From the human T2T-CHM13v2.0 reference genome, Homo sapiens, in the NCBI RefSeq assembly GCF_009914755.1, contig NC_060928.1: a stretch of DNA of 64,000 bases. The stretch is one strand, 5' to 3'. The notes below the pieces were generated by a model. It did not search any database, was not told the DNA's origin, and was given only the letters and a program-made list of their open reading frames with translations. Positions 13,001-31,853 of this stretch are shown here, piece after piece. Both the position numbers and the translations under genes were made by a program. Position 1 is the first letter of the stretch. Each line of letters begins with the position of its first letter.

Positions 13001-15344
13001 AGTATATTTAGTTTATTTAGTTTTGTAAGAAACTATCAAACCGTCTTCCTAAGTGGCTTTTCCATTTTGTATTTCCATTTATTCCAATGAATAAATATGC
13101 TTGTTGTGCCACATCTTCACCAGCATTTGTTGTTGTCAGTGTTTTAGTGTTTTGAATTTTGGCTATTCTAACAGGTTTGTAGAGGTTGACAGGCAACCTA
13201 TGTCATTGTTTGAATTTGCCATTCTCTAGAAATATCTTGCAACTTTGCTATAATCACTTATTTGAGGATTTTTGTGGGGTTTTTGGTCAATTATTTTGAA
13301 TTTTCTACATAGATGATCATATCATTTGTGAAGAAAGACAATTTATTTCTTCCTTACCAGTCTGTATACTCCTTTATTCCTTTTTATGTCTTATTGTATT
13401 AGATAGGACTTCTAGAGCAATGTTGATAAGCAGTGGTGAGAGGAGACATCTTTGCCCTGTTCCTGATTTTGGCAGGAAAGCTTCAAATTTCTCACCATTA
13501 AGTATAATATTAGCTTTAGAGTTTTTGTAGATGGTCTTTATCAAGTTGTGAAAGTTTCCCTTTATTCTTAGTTTGCAGAGAGGTGGTTTTTTTTTTAAAT
13601 AAGTGGGTGTTGGATTTTGTCAATTTCTTTTACTGCATCTATTGATATGATTATGTTCTTTTTTTTCTCTAGTCTATTGATGTGGTGGATTACATTAAGT
13701 GATTTTCAAATGTTGAACCAGTCTTGTATGACTTGGACAAATCCCATTAGGTCATAGTTTATCATTTTAAAAAATTCATTTTTGGATTCCATTTGCAAAT
13801 ATTCTGTTGAGTATTTTTGATTTTATGTTTAAGAGATATATTGGTCTTTTCCTGTAATATCTGTGCTGAGTTTTGATATTAGGGTAATTTTGGCTTCATA
13901 GAATAAATTAGGAAATATTGCCTCAGCTTCTATCATTTGGAAGAGATTGTAGAGAATTGGCACAATTTCTTTCTTAAATGTTTGGTAGAATTCGCCAGTG
14001 AATCCATATGGTCCTGGTGCTTTCTGTATTGCAAAAATTATTAATGATTGTTTCAATTTCTTTAATGAATATAGACCTTTTCATATCATCTATTTTTTTG
14101 TGTGAGTTTTGACAAGTTGTGTCTTTCAATGATTTGGTCCCTTTCATCTAGGATATGAAATTTGTGGGCATAGAATTGTTCATAATATTACCTTATTATT
14201 CTTTTAATATCAATGGGATCTGTAGTGATGTCTTCTTTATTATTTCTGACATTAGTAGTTTGTGTCTTTTTTTTCTTAGCCTGGTGGGTGGTCGTCAATT
14301 TTATTGATCTTTTCAAATAACTAGCTTTTGGCTTTGTTGCTTTTCTTTATTAATTTTCTATCTTTAATTTCATTTATTTTTGCTTCATTTTTTATTATTT
14401 CTGTTCTTTTGCTTACTTTGGTTTTAATTTTTAATTTGCTCTTCTTTTTCTAGTTTCCTAAGGTTAAAGCTTATGTTGATGATTTTAGATTTTCTTCTGT
14501 TCTAATATATGCATTCCATGCTATAAATTTCCCTCTAAGCACTGCTTTCACTCATTCCCACAAATTTTTTGTAAGTTATATTTTCATTGTAATTTACTTT
14601 AAAAATTTATATTTTTCTCTTGAGATTCCTTCTTTGGCCCATGCATTATTTAGAATTGTGTTGTTTAATCTTCAACTGTTTGGGGATTTTCAAGTATGTT
14701 TCTGTTGTGAATTTTTAGTTTAATTCCACTATTGCCTGAGAGCAGACACTGTATGATTTCTATTCTTTTAAGTTTGTTAAGGTGTATTTTATGGCTCAGA
14801 ATATGTCTATCTTGGTAAATGTTGCATGTGAGCTTGAAAAGAATGTGTAATATGTTGTTGTTGGAGGAACTTCTAGAGATATTAATTATATACAGTTGAT
14901 TGATGGTGCTGTTGAGTTTAACTATGTCCTTGCTGATTTTCTGCCCGCTGGATCTGTTCATTTCTAATACAGGGGTATTGAAGTCTCCAACTACAATTGT
15001 GGATTCATCTATTTCTCCTTGCAGTTCTATCAGTTTTTGCCTCCTGTATTTTGACACTGTTAGGCTCATACACATTAAGGATTGTTATGTCTTCTTCATG
15101 TATTGATCCTTTTATTATTATTTAATGCCCCTTTTTCTTCCTGCTAAGTTTCCTTGCTCTGAAGTCTGCTCTGTCTAAAATTAATATAGCTATTCCTAAT
15201 TTCTTTTAATTAGTGTTAACATGGTTTATCTTTCTTCATCCCTTTACTTTTAATCTATATATGTCTTTATATTTAAAGTAGGTTTCCTGTAGACAGCATA
15301 TAGTTGGGACTTGTTTGTTTTTTTTAATCCACTCTGACTATCTT

Positions 15345-15511
15345 TGTTATTGTTTGTTTGTTTGAGACAGGTCCACTGTGTCACCCTAGGCTGGAATACA
15401 GTGGTACAACCATAGCCCACTGCCACCTAGAACTCCTGGGCTCAAGTGATTCTCCTTCCTCAGTGTCCCAAGTAGCTGGGACTAGAAGTATGTGCAACCA
15501 TACCTGGCTAA
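15345..15511 (-). mobile_element. AluJ-like right monomer
   Basis: ttgagacagg...ctcctgggctcaagtgat...cctggctaa; no left monomer. Confidence 0.85.
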
Positions 15512-18013
15512 GCTCTGTCTTCTAATTTGTGTATATAGAATATTACTGATACTAAAAAGAGTTGCTGGTTTTTCAATTTGTTCAGCTTTTTACTTGTTGT
15601 TAAGTCTGAGTGGCAACTTCTAAACTCCTTATATGCTGAATCAGAAACTGGAAATCTCCACCTTACCCTTTTAAAAACACTTTCATAATGTCTCACTTTA
15701 TGGCTGTGCTATTCTTTAACTAGTCCTCCATTATCATGGGCACTTGTCACTTTTTTGGCCACCCAGTTTCCATTCCTTACTCTTAATTTGTTAAATATAA
15801 AGGTAATATTTTATTCAATTTATTAAACATATCAATGTAAATCCAGAATATTGTGCTATTCATAATTGAAACACAGCAAGTCCTTCATTAAACTGTCCTA
15901 AAACACTGCTCACAATGATGCAAAACTTCCCACTTTAAAAAATTAAGATTTTTAATTGACACATAATAATTGTACAAATTTAGGGGGTACAGTGTAATAT
16001 TAGTATTTTGATATATGTATATAATGTATAATGATCAAATCAGGGTAATTGGCATATCCCTCAACTCAAACATTTATCATTTCTTTGTGTTGGGAACATT
16101 CAAAATACTTTCTTCTAGGTATTTGAAACTATATAATAAATTATTGTTAACTATAGTCACTCTGCAGTGCTATAGAACACTAAAACTTATTCCTCCTATC
16201 TAGCTGTAATTTTATATCAATTAATCAACCTATCCCAAGTGCCCCACCAAGCCTTCCCCCTTCCCAGCCTCAGTAACCACTATTCTACTCTCTAATTCTA
16301 TGAGACCTACTCTTTTAGCTTCTACACATGAATAAGAATAAATGGTATTTATCTCTCTATGCCTGGCTTATTTCACTTAACATGATGTTCTCTAGGCTCA
16401 TTCATGTTACCATGAATAACAGGATTTCATTCTTTTTATGGCCAAATAGTATTCTATTGTGTAGATATACCATTTTCTTTCTCCATTCATCTGTTGATGG
16501 ACATTTAGGAATATTCCATATCCTGGCTATTGTGAATAGTGCTGCAATAAATGTGGCAGTGTAGGTTTTTCTTTAACATACTAATTTCCTTTCCTTTGGA
16601 TTATATACCCAGTAGTGAGATTGTTGGATCATACGGTAATTCTATGTTTAGTTTTTTGAGGAACCTCTCTACTGTTTTCCATAATGGCTGTACCAATTTA
16701 CATTTTCACCAATGGTGTATTAGGGCTCTCCTTTCTCTGCATCTTCACCAACATTTGTTATTTTTTGTTGTTTTGATAATAGCCATTCTAGTTGGGGTGA
16801 GGTGATATCTCGTTGTGGTTTTGATTTGCATTTCCTTGATGACTAGTGATATTGAGCAATTTTTCACATTTTTTTTGGCCATCTGAATGTCTTCTTTTGA
16901 GAAATGTTTATTCAGATCCTTTACCTATTTTTAGTCAGGTTATTATTATTTATTATTGCTACTGAGTTGTCCTAGTTCTGTGTGTATTATGGATATTAAT
17001 CCCTTATCAAATGAATAGCTTGCAAATATTTTTCCCATTCTGCAGGTGTCTCTTGGCTCAATAGATTGTTTCCTTTCCTGTGCAGAAGTTTTCTAGTTTG
17101 ACATCATCCCATTTGTCTATTTTTGCCTATTTGTTGCCTTATCTAGAAAATCTTTGCCCAGCCCAATGTCCTAAAAGCATTTCCTCCATATCTTCTTCTA
17201 GTAGTTTTATAGTTTTGAGTCTTACATTTTAGTCTTTAATCCATTTTGAGTTGACTTTTTTATGTAGTGAGAGATAAGGGTCCAGTTTCATTCTTCTGTG
17301 TATGGATATCCAGTTTTCCAAGAACCATTTATTGAAGAGACTGTTCTTTCCCTAGTGTATGTTCTTGGTGTCTTTGTCAAAAATCAGTAGGCTATAAATA
17401 TGTGAATTTATTTCTAGGGTCTCTATTCCACTCCATTGGTCTATGTGTCTATTTTTATGCAAGTACCATGTTGTTTTTGTTACTATACCTTTGTAGCATA
17501 TATTGGAGTTCAATAGGGTGATGCCTCCAGCTTTGTTCTTTTTGTTCAGGAGTCCTTTGGTTATTCATGTTTATTTTTGGTTCCATATAAATTTTAGGAT
17601 TGTTTTTCCTATTTATATGAAAAATGGTATTCCTACTTTCCTAGGTATTGTGTTAAATCTGTAGATTGCTTTGGGTAGAATCATCATTTTAACAATATTA
17701 ATTCTTCCAATCCATGAACATGAGATGGCTTTTCATTTTTTTGTGTCCTCTTCAATTTCTTTCGTCAGTGTTTTACAGTTTTCTTTTTCTTTTTTAAATT
17801 TTATTATTATTATACTTTAAGTTTTAGGGTACATGCGCACAACGTGCAGGTTTGTTACATATCTATACATGTGCCATGTTGGTGTGTTGCACCCATTAAC
17901 TCGTCATTTAGCATTAGGTATATATCCTAATGCTATCCCTCCCCCCTTCCCCCACCCCACAACAGTCCCTGGTGTGTGATGTTCCCCTTCTTGTGTCCAT
18001 GTGTTCTCATTGT

Positions 18014-21839
<3,826 letters not shown>

Positions 21840-21902
21840 TATGACGTCAGCTGGCTATTTTGCTCGTTAGTTGATGCAGTTTCTTCCTAGCCTTGATGGT
21901 CT

Positions 21903-22910
21903 TTATAATTTGGCATGTTTTTGCAGTGGCTGGTACCAGTTTTTCCTTTCCATGTTTAGTGCTTCCTTCAGGAGCTCTTTTAGGGCAGGCCTGGTGGTGA
22001 CAAAATCTCTCAGCATTTGCTTGTCTGTAAAGTATTTTATTTCTCCTTCACTTATGAAGCTTAGTTTGGCTGGATATTAAATTCTGGGTTGAAAATTCTT
22101 TTCTTTAAGAATGTTGAATATTGGTCCCCACTCTATTCTGGCTTATAGAGTTTCTGCCGAGAGATCAGCTGTTAGTCTGATAGGCTTCCCTTTGTGGGTA
22201 ACCCGACCTTTGTCTCTGACTGCCCTTAACATTTTTTCCTTCATTTCAGCTTTGGTGAATCTGACAATTATCTGTCTTGGAGTTGCTTTTCTTGAGGAGT
22301 ATCTTTGCGGCATTCTCTGTATTTGCTGAATTTGAATGTCGGTCTGCCTTGCTAGATTGGGGAAGTTCTCCTGGATAACATCCTGCAGTGTTTTCCAACT
22401 TGGTTTCATTCTCCCCGTCACTTTCAGTTACACCAATCAGATGTAAATTTGGTCTTTTCACATAGTCCCATATTTCTTGGAGGCTTTGTTCATTTCTTTT
22501 TATTATTTTTTCTCTAAACTTCTCTTCTCGCTTCATTTCATTCATTTCGTCTTCCATCACTGATACCCTTTCTTCCAGTTGATCACATTAGCTACTGAGG
22601 CATTTGTCACGTAGTTCTCGTGCCTTGGTTTTCAGCACCATCAGGTCCTTTAAGGACTTCTCTGCATTGGTTATTCTAGTTATCCGTTTGTCTAATTTTT
22701 TTTCAAAGTTTTTAACTTCTTTGCCATTGGTTCGAACTTCCTCCTGTAGCTAAGAGTAGTTTGATCGTCTGAATCCTTCTTCTCTTAACTTGTCAAAGTC
22801 ATTCTCTGTCCAGCTTTGTTCCATTGCTGGTGAGGAGCTGTGTTCCTTTGGAGGAGGAGAGGCACTCTGATTTTAGAGTTTCCAGTTTTCCTGCTCTATT
22901 TTTTCTCCAT
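21903..22910 (-). pseudogene. L1 ORF1, disrupted
   Basis: Fragments EQSLQEIWDYVKRPNL and GKPIRLTADLSAETL lie in different frames; ATG at 22910, stop at 21903. Confidence 0.9.
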
Positions 22911-23486
22911 CTTTGTGGTTTTATCTACCTTTGGTCTTTGATGATGGTGACGTTCAGATGGGTTTTTGGTGTGGATGTCCTTCTTGTTTGTTAGTTTTCC
23001 TTCTAACAGACAGGACCCTCAGCTGCAGGTCTGTTGGAGTTTGCTAGAGGTCCACTCCAGACCCTGTTTGCCTGGGTATCAGCAGCGGTGGCTGCAGAAC
23101 AGTGGATATTGGTGAACCTCAAATGCTGCTGCCTGATCGTTCCTCTGGAATTTTTGTCTCAGAGCAGTACCCTGCCGTGTGAGGTGTCAGTCCGCCCCTA
23201 CTGGGGGGTGCCTCCCAGTTAGGCTACTCGGGGGTCAGGGACCGACTTGAGGAGGCAGTCTGCCTGTTCTCAGATCTCAAGCTGCGTGCTGGGAGAACCA
23301 CTACTCTCTTCAAAGCTGTCAGACAGGGACATTTAAGTCTGCAGAGGTTACTGCTGTCTTTTTGTATGTCTGTGCCATGTCCCCAGAGGTGGAGCCAACA
23401 GAGGCAGGCAGGCATCCTTGAGCTGTGGTGGGCTCCACCCAGTTCGAGCTTCCCCGCCACTTTGTTTACCTAATCAAGTCTCGGCA

Positions 23487-23624
23487 ATGGCAGGCACTCC
23501 TCCCCCAGCCTTGCTGCTACCTTGCAGTTTGATCTCAGACTGCTCTGCTAGCAATGAGCGAGACTCTATGGGCGTAGGACCCTCTGAGCCAGGTTGGGAA
23601 AGCGCAGTATTAGGGTGGGAGTGA
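23487..23624 (+). pseudogene. L1 antisense ORF0 remnant, frameshifted by a deletion
   Basis: MAGTPPPALLLPCSLISDCSASNERDSMGVGPSEPG matches the ORF0 N-terminus; the C-terminal RSIRVGVT lies in another frame. Confidence 0.8.
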
Positions 23625-24019
23625 CCAGTTTTTCCAGGTGCCGTCTGTCACCTCTTTCTTTGACTAGGAAAGGGAATTCCCTGACCCCTTGGGCTTCCCG
23701 AGTGAGGCAATGCCTTGCCCTGCTTCAGCTCGCACACGGTGTGCTGCACCCACTGTCCTGCACCCACTGTCTGGCGCACCCCAATGAGATGAAACCGGTA
23801 CCTCAGTTGGAAATGCAGAAATCACCTGTCTTCTGCGTCGCTTATGCTGGGGGCTGTAGACTGGAGCTGTTCCTATTCGGCCATCTTCTACAGTTTTCTT
23901 GTAGATATCATTCACCTTTTTGGTTAAATTTACTTGTAGTATTTTATTTAGTCTTGTAGCTGTTGTAAATAAGATTGCTTTATTGATTTTTTTTCAGTTG
24001 GTTTGTCATTGGTGTATAA

Positions 24020-24328
<309 letters not shown>

Positions 24329-24709
24329 TAGAAATACTACTGATTTGTGTATGTTGATTTTGTATCCTATAAATTTACTGAATTTGTCGATCAGTTCTAA
24401 GGGTTCTTTGGTGAAGTCCTTAGGTTTTCTGATATTTAAGATTATATCATCTGCAAAAAAAGACAATTTGACTTCCTCTTTTCCAAATGGGTGGCCTTTA
24501 TTTTTTTCTCTTGCTTCATTGTTCTGAATTCGATTCTAGTACTATGTTGAATAAGAGTGGTGAAAGTGGCTATCTTTGTCTTGTTCCACTTCTCAGAGGA
24601 AAAGCTTTCAACTTCAGTCTGATGTTAGGTGTGAGATTGTCATTTGTGGTCTTCATTGTGGTTGAGGTACATTTCTTTTATATCTAAGTTGTTCTGAACT
24701 TTCATCAAA

Positions 24710-25129
24710 TGATATAGTTTTGATATTTGTCACCTTCAAATCTCATGTTGAAATTTGATCCCCGGTGTTGGGGATGGGGCCCAGTGGAAGGTCTTTGGGT
24801 CATGAGGGCAGATCTCTCATGAATGGCTTAATGTCCTCCCTCTAGGAACAAGTGAGTTCTTGCTGTTAAATCACAGGAGAGCTGGTAATGTTTAAAAGAA
24901 GGTGGCATGCCTCCCTTCATTCTTTCTTTTTCCTTCCTCACATCATGTGATGCCAGCCCCACTTCCCCTTCTGCTGTGAGTGAAAGCTTTCTAAAGCCCT
25001 CACTGGAAGAAGATGCTGGTGCCATGCTTCTTGTAGAGCCTGTGAAACCATGCACAAAATAAGCCTCTTTTCTTTATAAATTACCCAGCCTCGGGTATTC
25101 CTTTATAGCAATGTAAATGGACTAAGACA
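24710..25129 (+). mobile_element. MaLR solo LTR (MSTB-like)
   Basis: TG...CA ends; aaatctcatgttgaaatttgatcccc start and ttacccagcctcgggtattcctttatagca...actaagaca end. Confidence 0.88.
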
Positions 25130-26967
25130 GAAGGGATACTGAATTTTATCAAATGGGTTTTCTGTGTCTATTGAGATGATAATATGGTTTTTGCCTTTCA
25201 TTCTGTTGATAGAATATATCATGTTTTGCATATGTTACTTCACTTTTGCATCCCTGGTATAAATCCTACTTGATCATGGTGTATAATCTTTTTGATGTTC
25301 TATCGGATTTGGTTTTCTAGTGTTTTGTTGAGTATTTTTAAAAACATGTTCATCAGGAATATTGGCCTGTAGTTCTCTCTCTCTCTTTTTTTTTTTTTGT
25401 ATCCTTATCTGGTTTTGGTATCAGGGTAATGCTGTCCTTGTAAAATGGAGTTTGGAAAAATTCCCTTTACTTTGCTTTTTTTAAAACAGTTTAAGAATAG
25501 GTGTTAGTTATTCTTTAAAAGCCTGGGTAGAATTTGGCAGTAAAGCCATCTGATCTTGGGCTTTTCTTTGTTGAGAGACTTTTTATTACTGATTAAATCT
25601 AATTACTGGTATTAGTCTATTCAAATTTTTTATTCCTGGTTCAATCTTGGTAGGTTGTATGTGTCTAGGAATTTACTCATTTCCTCTAGGTTTTCTGATT
25701 TGTTTGCATATAGTTGTTCATAAGAGTCTCTGATGTTCCTTTATATTTCTGTGGCATCAGTTATAATGTTTCCTTTTTCATTTTTTATTTCATTTATTTG
25801 AATCAATTTTTCTTAGTCTAGCTAATTGTTCATTTTGTTTATCTTTTCAAAAAACAACTTTTTTTAGTCTCAGTTTTGCTTATTTCTCCTCTAATCATTA
25901 TTTTTCTTCTGCTAATTTTGCAAAGGTTTGGTTTGTTTTTGCTCTTCTAATTCTTTTAGGTGTATTGCTAGGTTGTTTATTTGAAATCCTTTTACCTCTT
26001 TCATGTGGGTGTTCATTTTTATAAACATCCTTCTTAGTACTGCTTCTGTTGTATTCCACAGGTTTTGTTATGTTGTGTTTCTATTTTCATTTGTTTCAAG
26101 AAATTTTCCGTTTCCTTCTTACTTTCTTCATTAACCCATTGATCACTCAAGAGCATATTGTTTAATTTCCATTTATTTGTCTAGTTTCCAAAGTTGTTAT
26201 TTTTACTGATTTCTAATTTTATTCTTTTGTGGTCAGAAAAGATACTGATATGATTTTCATTTTTAAAAGTTTGCCGAGACTTGTTTTGTGGCCTAAGATA
26301 TGGTCTATCCTAAAGAATGTTCCAGGTGTTAATGAGAAGAATATGTATTCTGCATCTGTTGGATGAAATGTTCTGTAAATGTCTGATACATCTATTTGGT
26401 CTATAGCCCAGTTAAAATCTCATATTTCCTTGTTGATTTTTGTTTAGGTGATCTGTACAGTACTGAAAGTGGAGTATTGAAGTCTCCAACTCTTATTGTA
26501 TTGAAGTAATCTCTCCTTTTAAATCTAATATTTGCCTTATATACCTAAGTGTTCTGGAGTTGGATGCACATACATTTACAATTATTATATCTTCTTGCTG
26601 AATTGATCCATTTATCATTATATAATAATCATCTTCGTCTCTTTCTATAATTTTTTACTTGAAGCCTGTTGTATTTGACATAAAGATAACTACTCCTGTT
26701 TGCCTTTGGTTTCTGTTTGCATGGGATATCTTTTGCCATATTTTCATTTTTGTTCTATGTATGTCTTTACAGGTGTAGTGAGTTTCCTGTAGGCAGCATG
26801 TAGTTAGGTCATGTTTCTTTAATCATGCAGCTAGTTTATATACTTTAATTGGGGGATTTAATCTGTTTATATTCAAGGTTATTATTGATAGGTAAAGAGT
26901 TACTCTTGTCATTTTGTTAGTTATTTTTTGATTGTGTTGTGTATTCTGTGTTTCTTCCTCTTTTATT

Positions 26968-27269
<302 letters not shown>

Positions 27270-27551
27270 TCTTCCTCTTTTATTGTTTATCTTCATGATT
27301 TGGTGGTTTTCCACAGTAATGAGGTTTGCTTTCTTTCTCATTCTCTTTTGTATCTCTTCTCTACTAGTGAGTTTTATACTTTCATGTGTTTTATCTTAAT
27401 GGTATATATTCTTTTGCTCCCAAATGTAGGACTTTTTAAAGCATTTTTTGTAGAGCTGGTCTAGTGGTGATGAATTTTATCAGTTTTTGCTTATCTGGGA
27501 AAGGCTTTATTTTTCCCTCTTTTCTTGGGGATAGCTTTGCTGTGTATAGCA

Positions 27552-27897
27552 TTTTTTTTTTTTTTTAAGATGGAGTCTCACTCTGTCGCCCAGGCGGGAG
27601 TGCAGTGGTGCGATCTTGGCTCACTGCAAGCTCCGCCTCCCAGGTTCACGCCATTCTCCTGCCTCAGCCTCCTGAGTAGTTGGGACTACAGGTGCCTGCC
27701 ATTCTCCTGCCTCAGCCTCCTGAGTAGCTGGGACTACAGGTGCCCGCCACCACGCCTGGCTAATTTTTTTGTATTTTTTAGTAGAGACGGGGTTTCACCG
27801 TGTTAGCCAGGATGATCTTGATCTCCTGACCTTGTGATATGCCTGCCTTGGCCTCCCAAAGTGCTGGGATTACAGGCATGAGCCACCGCGCCCGGCC
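27552..27897 (-). mobile_element. AluY with a 48-bp internal tandem duplication
   Basis: gcaagctccgcctcc and ttcacgccattc diagnostics; TSD tgtgtat(a/g)gcatt. Confidence 0.95.
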
Positions 27898-28135
27898 TGT
27901 GTATGGCATTCTTGGTAGACTTTTTTTTTTCTTTCAGTGATTTGAACATATTATCCCATTTTCTCCTGGACTGTAACCTTTCTGCTGGGAAATCTTCTTT
28001 TAGTATAATTGGGATTCCTTTACATGTGACTCGATGCTTTTCTCTTGTTGTTAAAATTGTCTCTCTGTCTGGACTTTTAAAAGTTTAACTAAATTGTGCC
28101 TCAAAGAGGACACTTTTGGGCTGAATCTATTTTAG

Positions 28136-28938
<803 letters not shown>

Positions 28939-29929
28939 AGCTATAATTTTCTTGAATAGGCTTTCTATACTTTTTCCTATCTCTTTTTCTGGAACTTTCA
29001 TAATGCAAAAATTTATTTGCTTAATGATGTCCCATAAATCCTGTAGGCCTTCTTCACTCTTTTTTATTCTTTTTTCTTTTTGCATGAATGGGTTATTTCA
29101 AAAGACCTGTCTTCAGATGAAGTTCAGAAATTCTTCTGCTTGATCTAGTCTATGGTTGAAGCTCTCAATTATATTTGTATTTCATTCATTGAATTCTTCA
29201 TTTCCAAGATTTTTGTTTGGTTTCTTTTATGATATATACCTCCTTATTGAGTTTATCATTCAGATTATGATTTTTTTTGTTTTGTTCAATTGTCTATGTA
29301 TTATTTTGTGTCTTGTTGAGTGTCCTTAAGATCATTATTTTGAATTCCTTTTTAGGCATTTTACAGATTTTCTTTTCTTTGTGGTTTGTTACTGGGGAAT
29401 TATTGTTTTCCTTTGGAGGGGTCATGTTTCCTTGCTCTTTAATGCTTCCTGTGTCCCTACGTTGATATCTGCACATGCAGTGGAACAATCCCCTCTTCCA
29501 ACTTTATGGATTAGCTTAAGTAGCTACATTTACATGAAAGTCTTTTCCATATGAGTTCTGTAGTATTGGTTGAGTAGGGTGCTTTAGCTTTGGTCCTGGG
29601 TGGGCAAATTAGTGTAGTCTCCATGTGATTTGTTTGGCTGCAATCAATGTCATCAGTGTCTGTGAGTGCCTCAGTGGCCTAGACTGTAGCTGCTTGTGGA
29701 GGCAGTTTTGTAGCTTTTCTGGGTCTATGGGCTGCCTGGCAGGCCAGCTCTCAGTTCTTGAGGCTCTGCAGGCCAGGTGTAATGGCTCCACCAATTGCAG
29801 GGGTGGTTTTGCTGGTAGCAGCAGGTACCCGGCAGGCCATCCTTAGGCCCTTGGGAGAGTCTGCAGAGCATGGTGGCTCTGCTGGAATTTCTTGGTTTTG
29901 ATCAGCACTTTAGTTTTCTTGCATTTACT

Positions 29930-30315
29930 CTTGGTGGGACATTAAATCCCATGTCTGCCTCTCACTCAGGTAATCAAAGGGGACAATCCTTCTTCTCCCT
30001 GCCCTAGACACTGTCAGAGAGTTCAATCAGATGTTCTTGGCTGGAATTTTGAAATTAAATGAGTGACCCAAAGAAAAACACTGGAAAGTATCAGAAAGTC
30101 TCTCATCCCAGGCAGGCATGTCCTGATTAAACCAGTCTTACTACCGGTTATTGGCTATGGTTTCTGCTTCCCTGGCTCTCAGAACTAGCTCAATTTTCAA
30201 ACTGGTGCTTCAGATCTCTGTTGATCTTACCTGTTGATCTGTAAGTCTTTCAGAACCTCTAATAAGTTGTTCAGATTTGATTTTTGTTGTTTCTACCCAG
30301 GAACCCTAACTTGTG
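29930..30315. mobile_element. Possible ERVL-type LTR remnant
   Basis: caatcagatg...ggaattttgaa and terminal tgtttctacccaggaaccctaac resemble LTR16/LTR33; very diverged. Confidence 0.35.
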
Positions 30316-30999
30316 CTCCCACCCTTTCAGGTCATGCCACACACACAAATTTGTATGAAAATTGTGTATTTATAGCACAGTGGGATAAACCAAGGACAAA
30401 TTCTTACTGAATAAGACCTCTGGTAGTTGTTCTGAGAAGAGAAATGACCAGTCTCAGCACACCTGCACCCCAGTCTCAGCCCACCAATGGACAAAGCACA
30501 TCAGGTGGAAGCTCTGCCCTCATTTATAAAGCTATTGATGTACATTTAGATTGTTTCCAATTTTGCACTATAAGAAACTATGCTATAATAGGTATCCTGC
30601 AATGTTTCTTTTCATCCTAAATTAACTTATTGAATTCAAAATTTCTCCAAAATTTGGTCCACAGTAAATTTTTAGAAAGCATTTATTATAAATCATAATG
30701 GTGTCTATACTTTCCCTCTGTCTTACAAAGAATATTTCTACTAGCTCTAGGCAAAAGACCTCCTTAGATACCCTACTGAATGATGCCACTTGCTTTGTTC
30801 TCCTCTGTGGAACGGGGTAGACTTCATCACACAGAAGACTCAAGTTGCAAGGCTGCTTTTGGGTTAAAAACAAAAATTCTGCATTTTATCTACAAGTTGT
30901 ATATATCTTTCAGATCGTGACAGACTGCTATGTCCTGTCACAGTTGTGAAGACTTTATAGAACTATAACAGAGAAGTAACGCAGCAACCATCGTGTTTC

Positions 31000-31195
31000 A
31001 AGGACTTACTATGTGTGACACAATTGTAGGTGCTGCACCTGTAAAGATTCATTTGATCCTCACATCCGCCCTATAAGGAAGATCCTATTATCAGTCGCAA
31101 TTGACAGATCAATAAACTGAGACAAGAGAAAATAAACCTTTCTCAATGTTACTTGGATAGTAAGCAGTGGAGTTAGAAATTAAATCCAGAACCAT
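31000..31195 (-). mobile_element. MIR
   Basis: ttcatttgatcctcac...tattatc...acagat...aaactgagac core. Confidence 0.7.
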
Positions 31196-31544
31196 ATTGT
31201 TCCACAGGCCTCAGGAAAAAGTATATTAAACCAGATACCTTTACTTTAGCATTTTAGAAAATATACTAACTTTATATCTCTCAGACATCCAGATTGATAT
31301 CTGTTTGTTTTGATTTTTTAAAAAATAAAATGTAATGGTTGTCATAAAAATAGAACAATTTTACTATTTTAAAAATTGAGGACGACCAAAGGCAACGATT
31401 AACAGGAAAAGAAATATGTCATAGTAATTCCATTGTTTCCCAGTGTTCCAAACCACCCTTAATATTTTGATGAAATTCTCTTTTGTATGTATATTAGACA
31501 TGTTAAGATTTGTTTTATAGAGTGAAGACATACTATACTAATAG

Positions 31545-31853
31545 GTTTTGTTTGTTTGTTTTAGAGACAGGGACTTGCTCTTTTGCCCAGAGTAGAGTGC
31601 AGATTGATCATGGCTCGCTGTAACCTCAAGCTTCCTGGGCACAAGAGATCCTTCTGCCTCTCAGCCTCCCAAATAGCTGGGACTATAGGTGTAAGCCATC
31701 ATGCCTGGCTAAGTTTTTTGTTTTTTGTTTTTTTTAAGAGATGGGGTCTTTTTATGTTACCCAGGCTGGTCTTGGACTCCTGACCTCAAATGATTCTTCC
31801 ACCTTGGCCTCCCAAAATGCTGGAATTGCAGGCATGAACCACTGTGCATGGCC
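31545..31853 (-). mobile_element. AluJ-like
   Basis: Antisense diverged dimer with agagacaggg and atcatggctc diagnostics. Confidence 0.9.
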
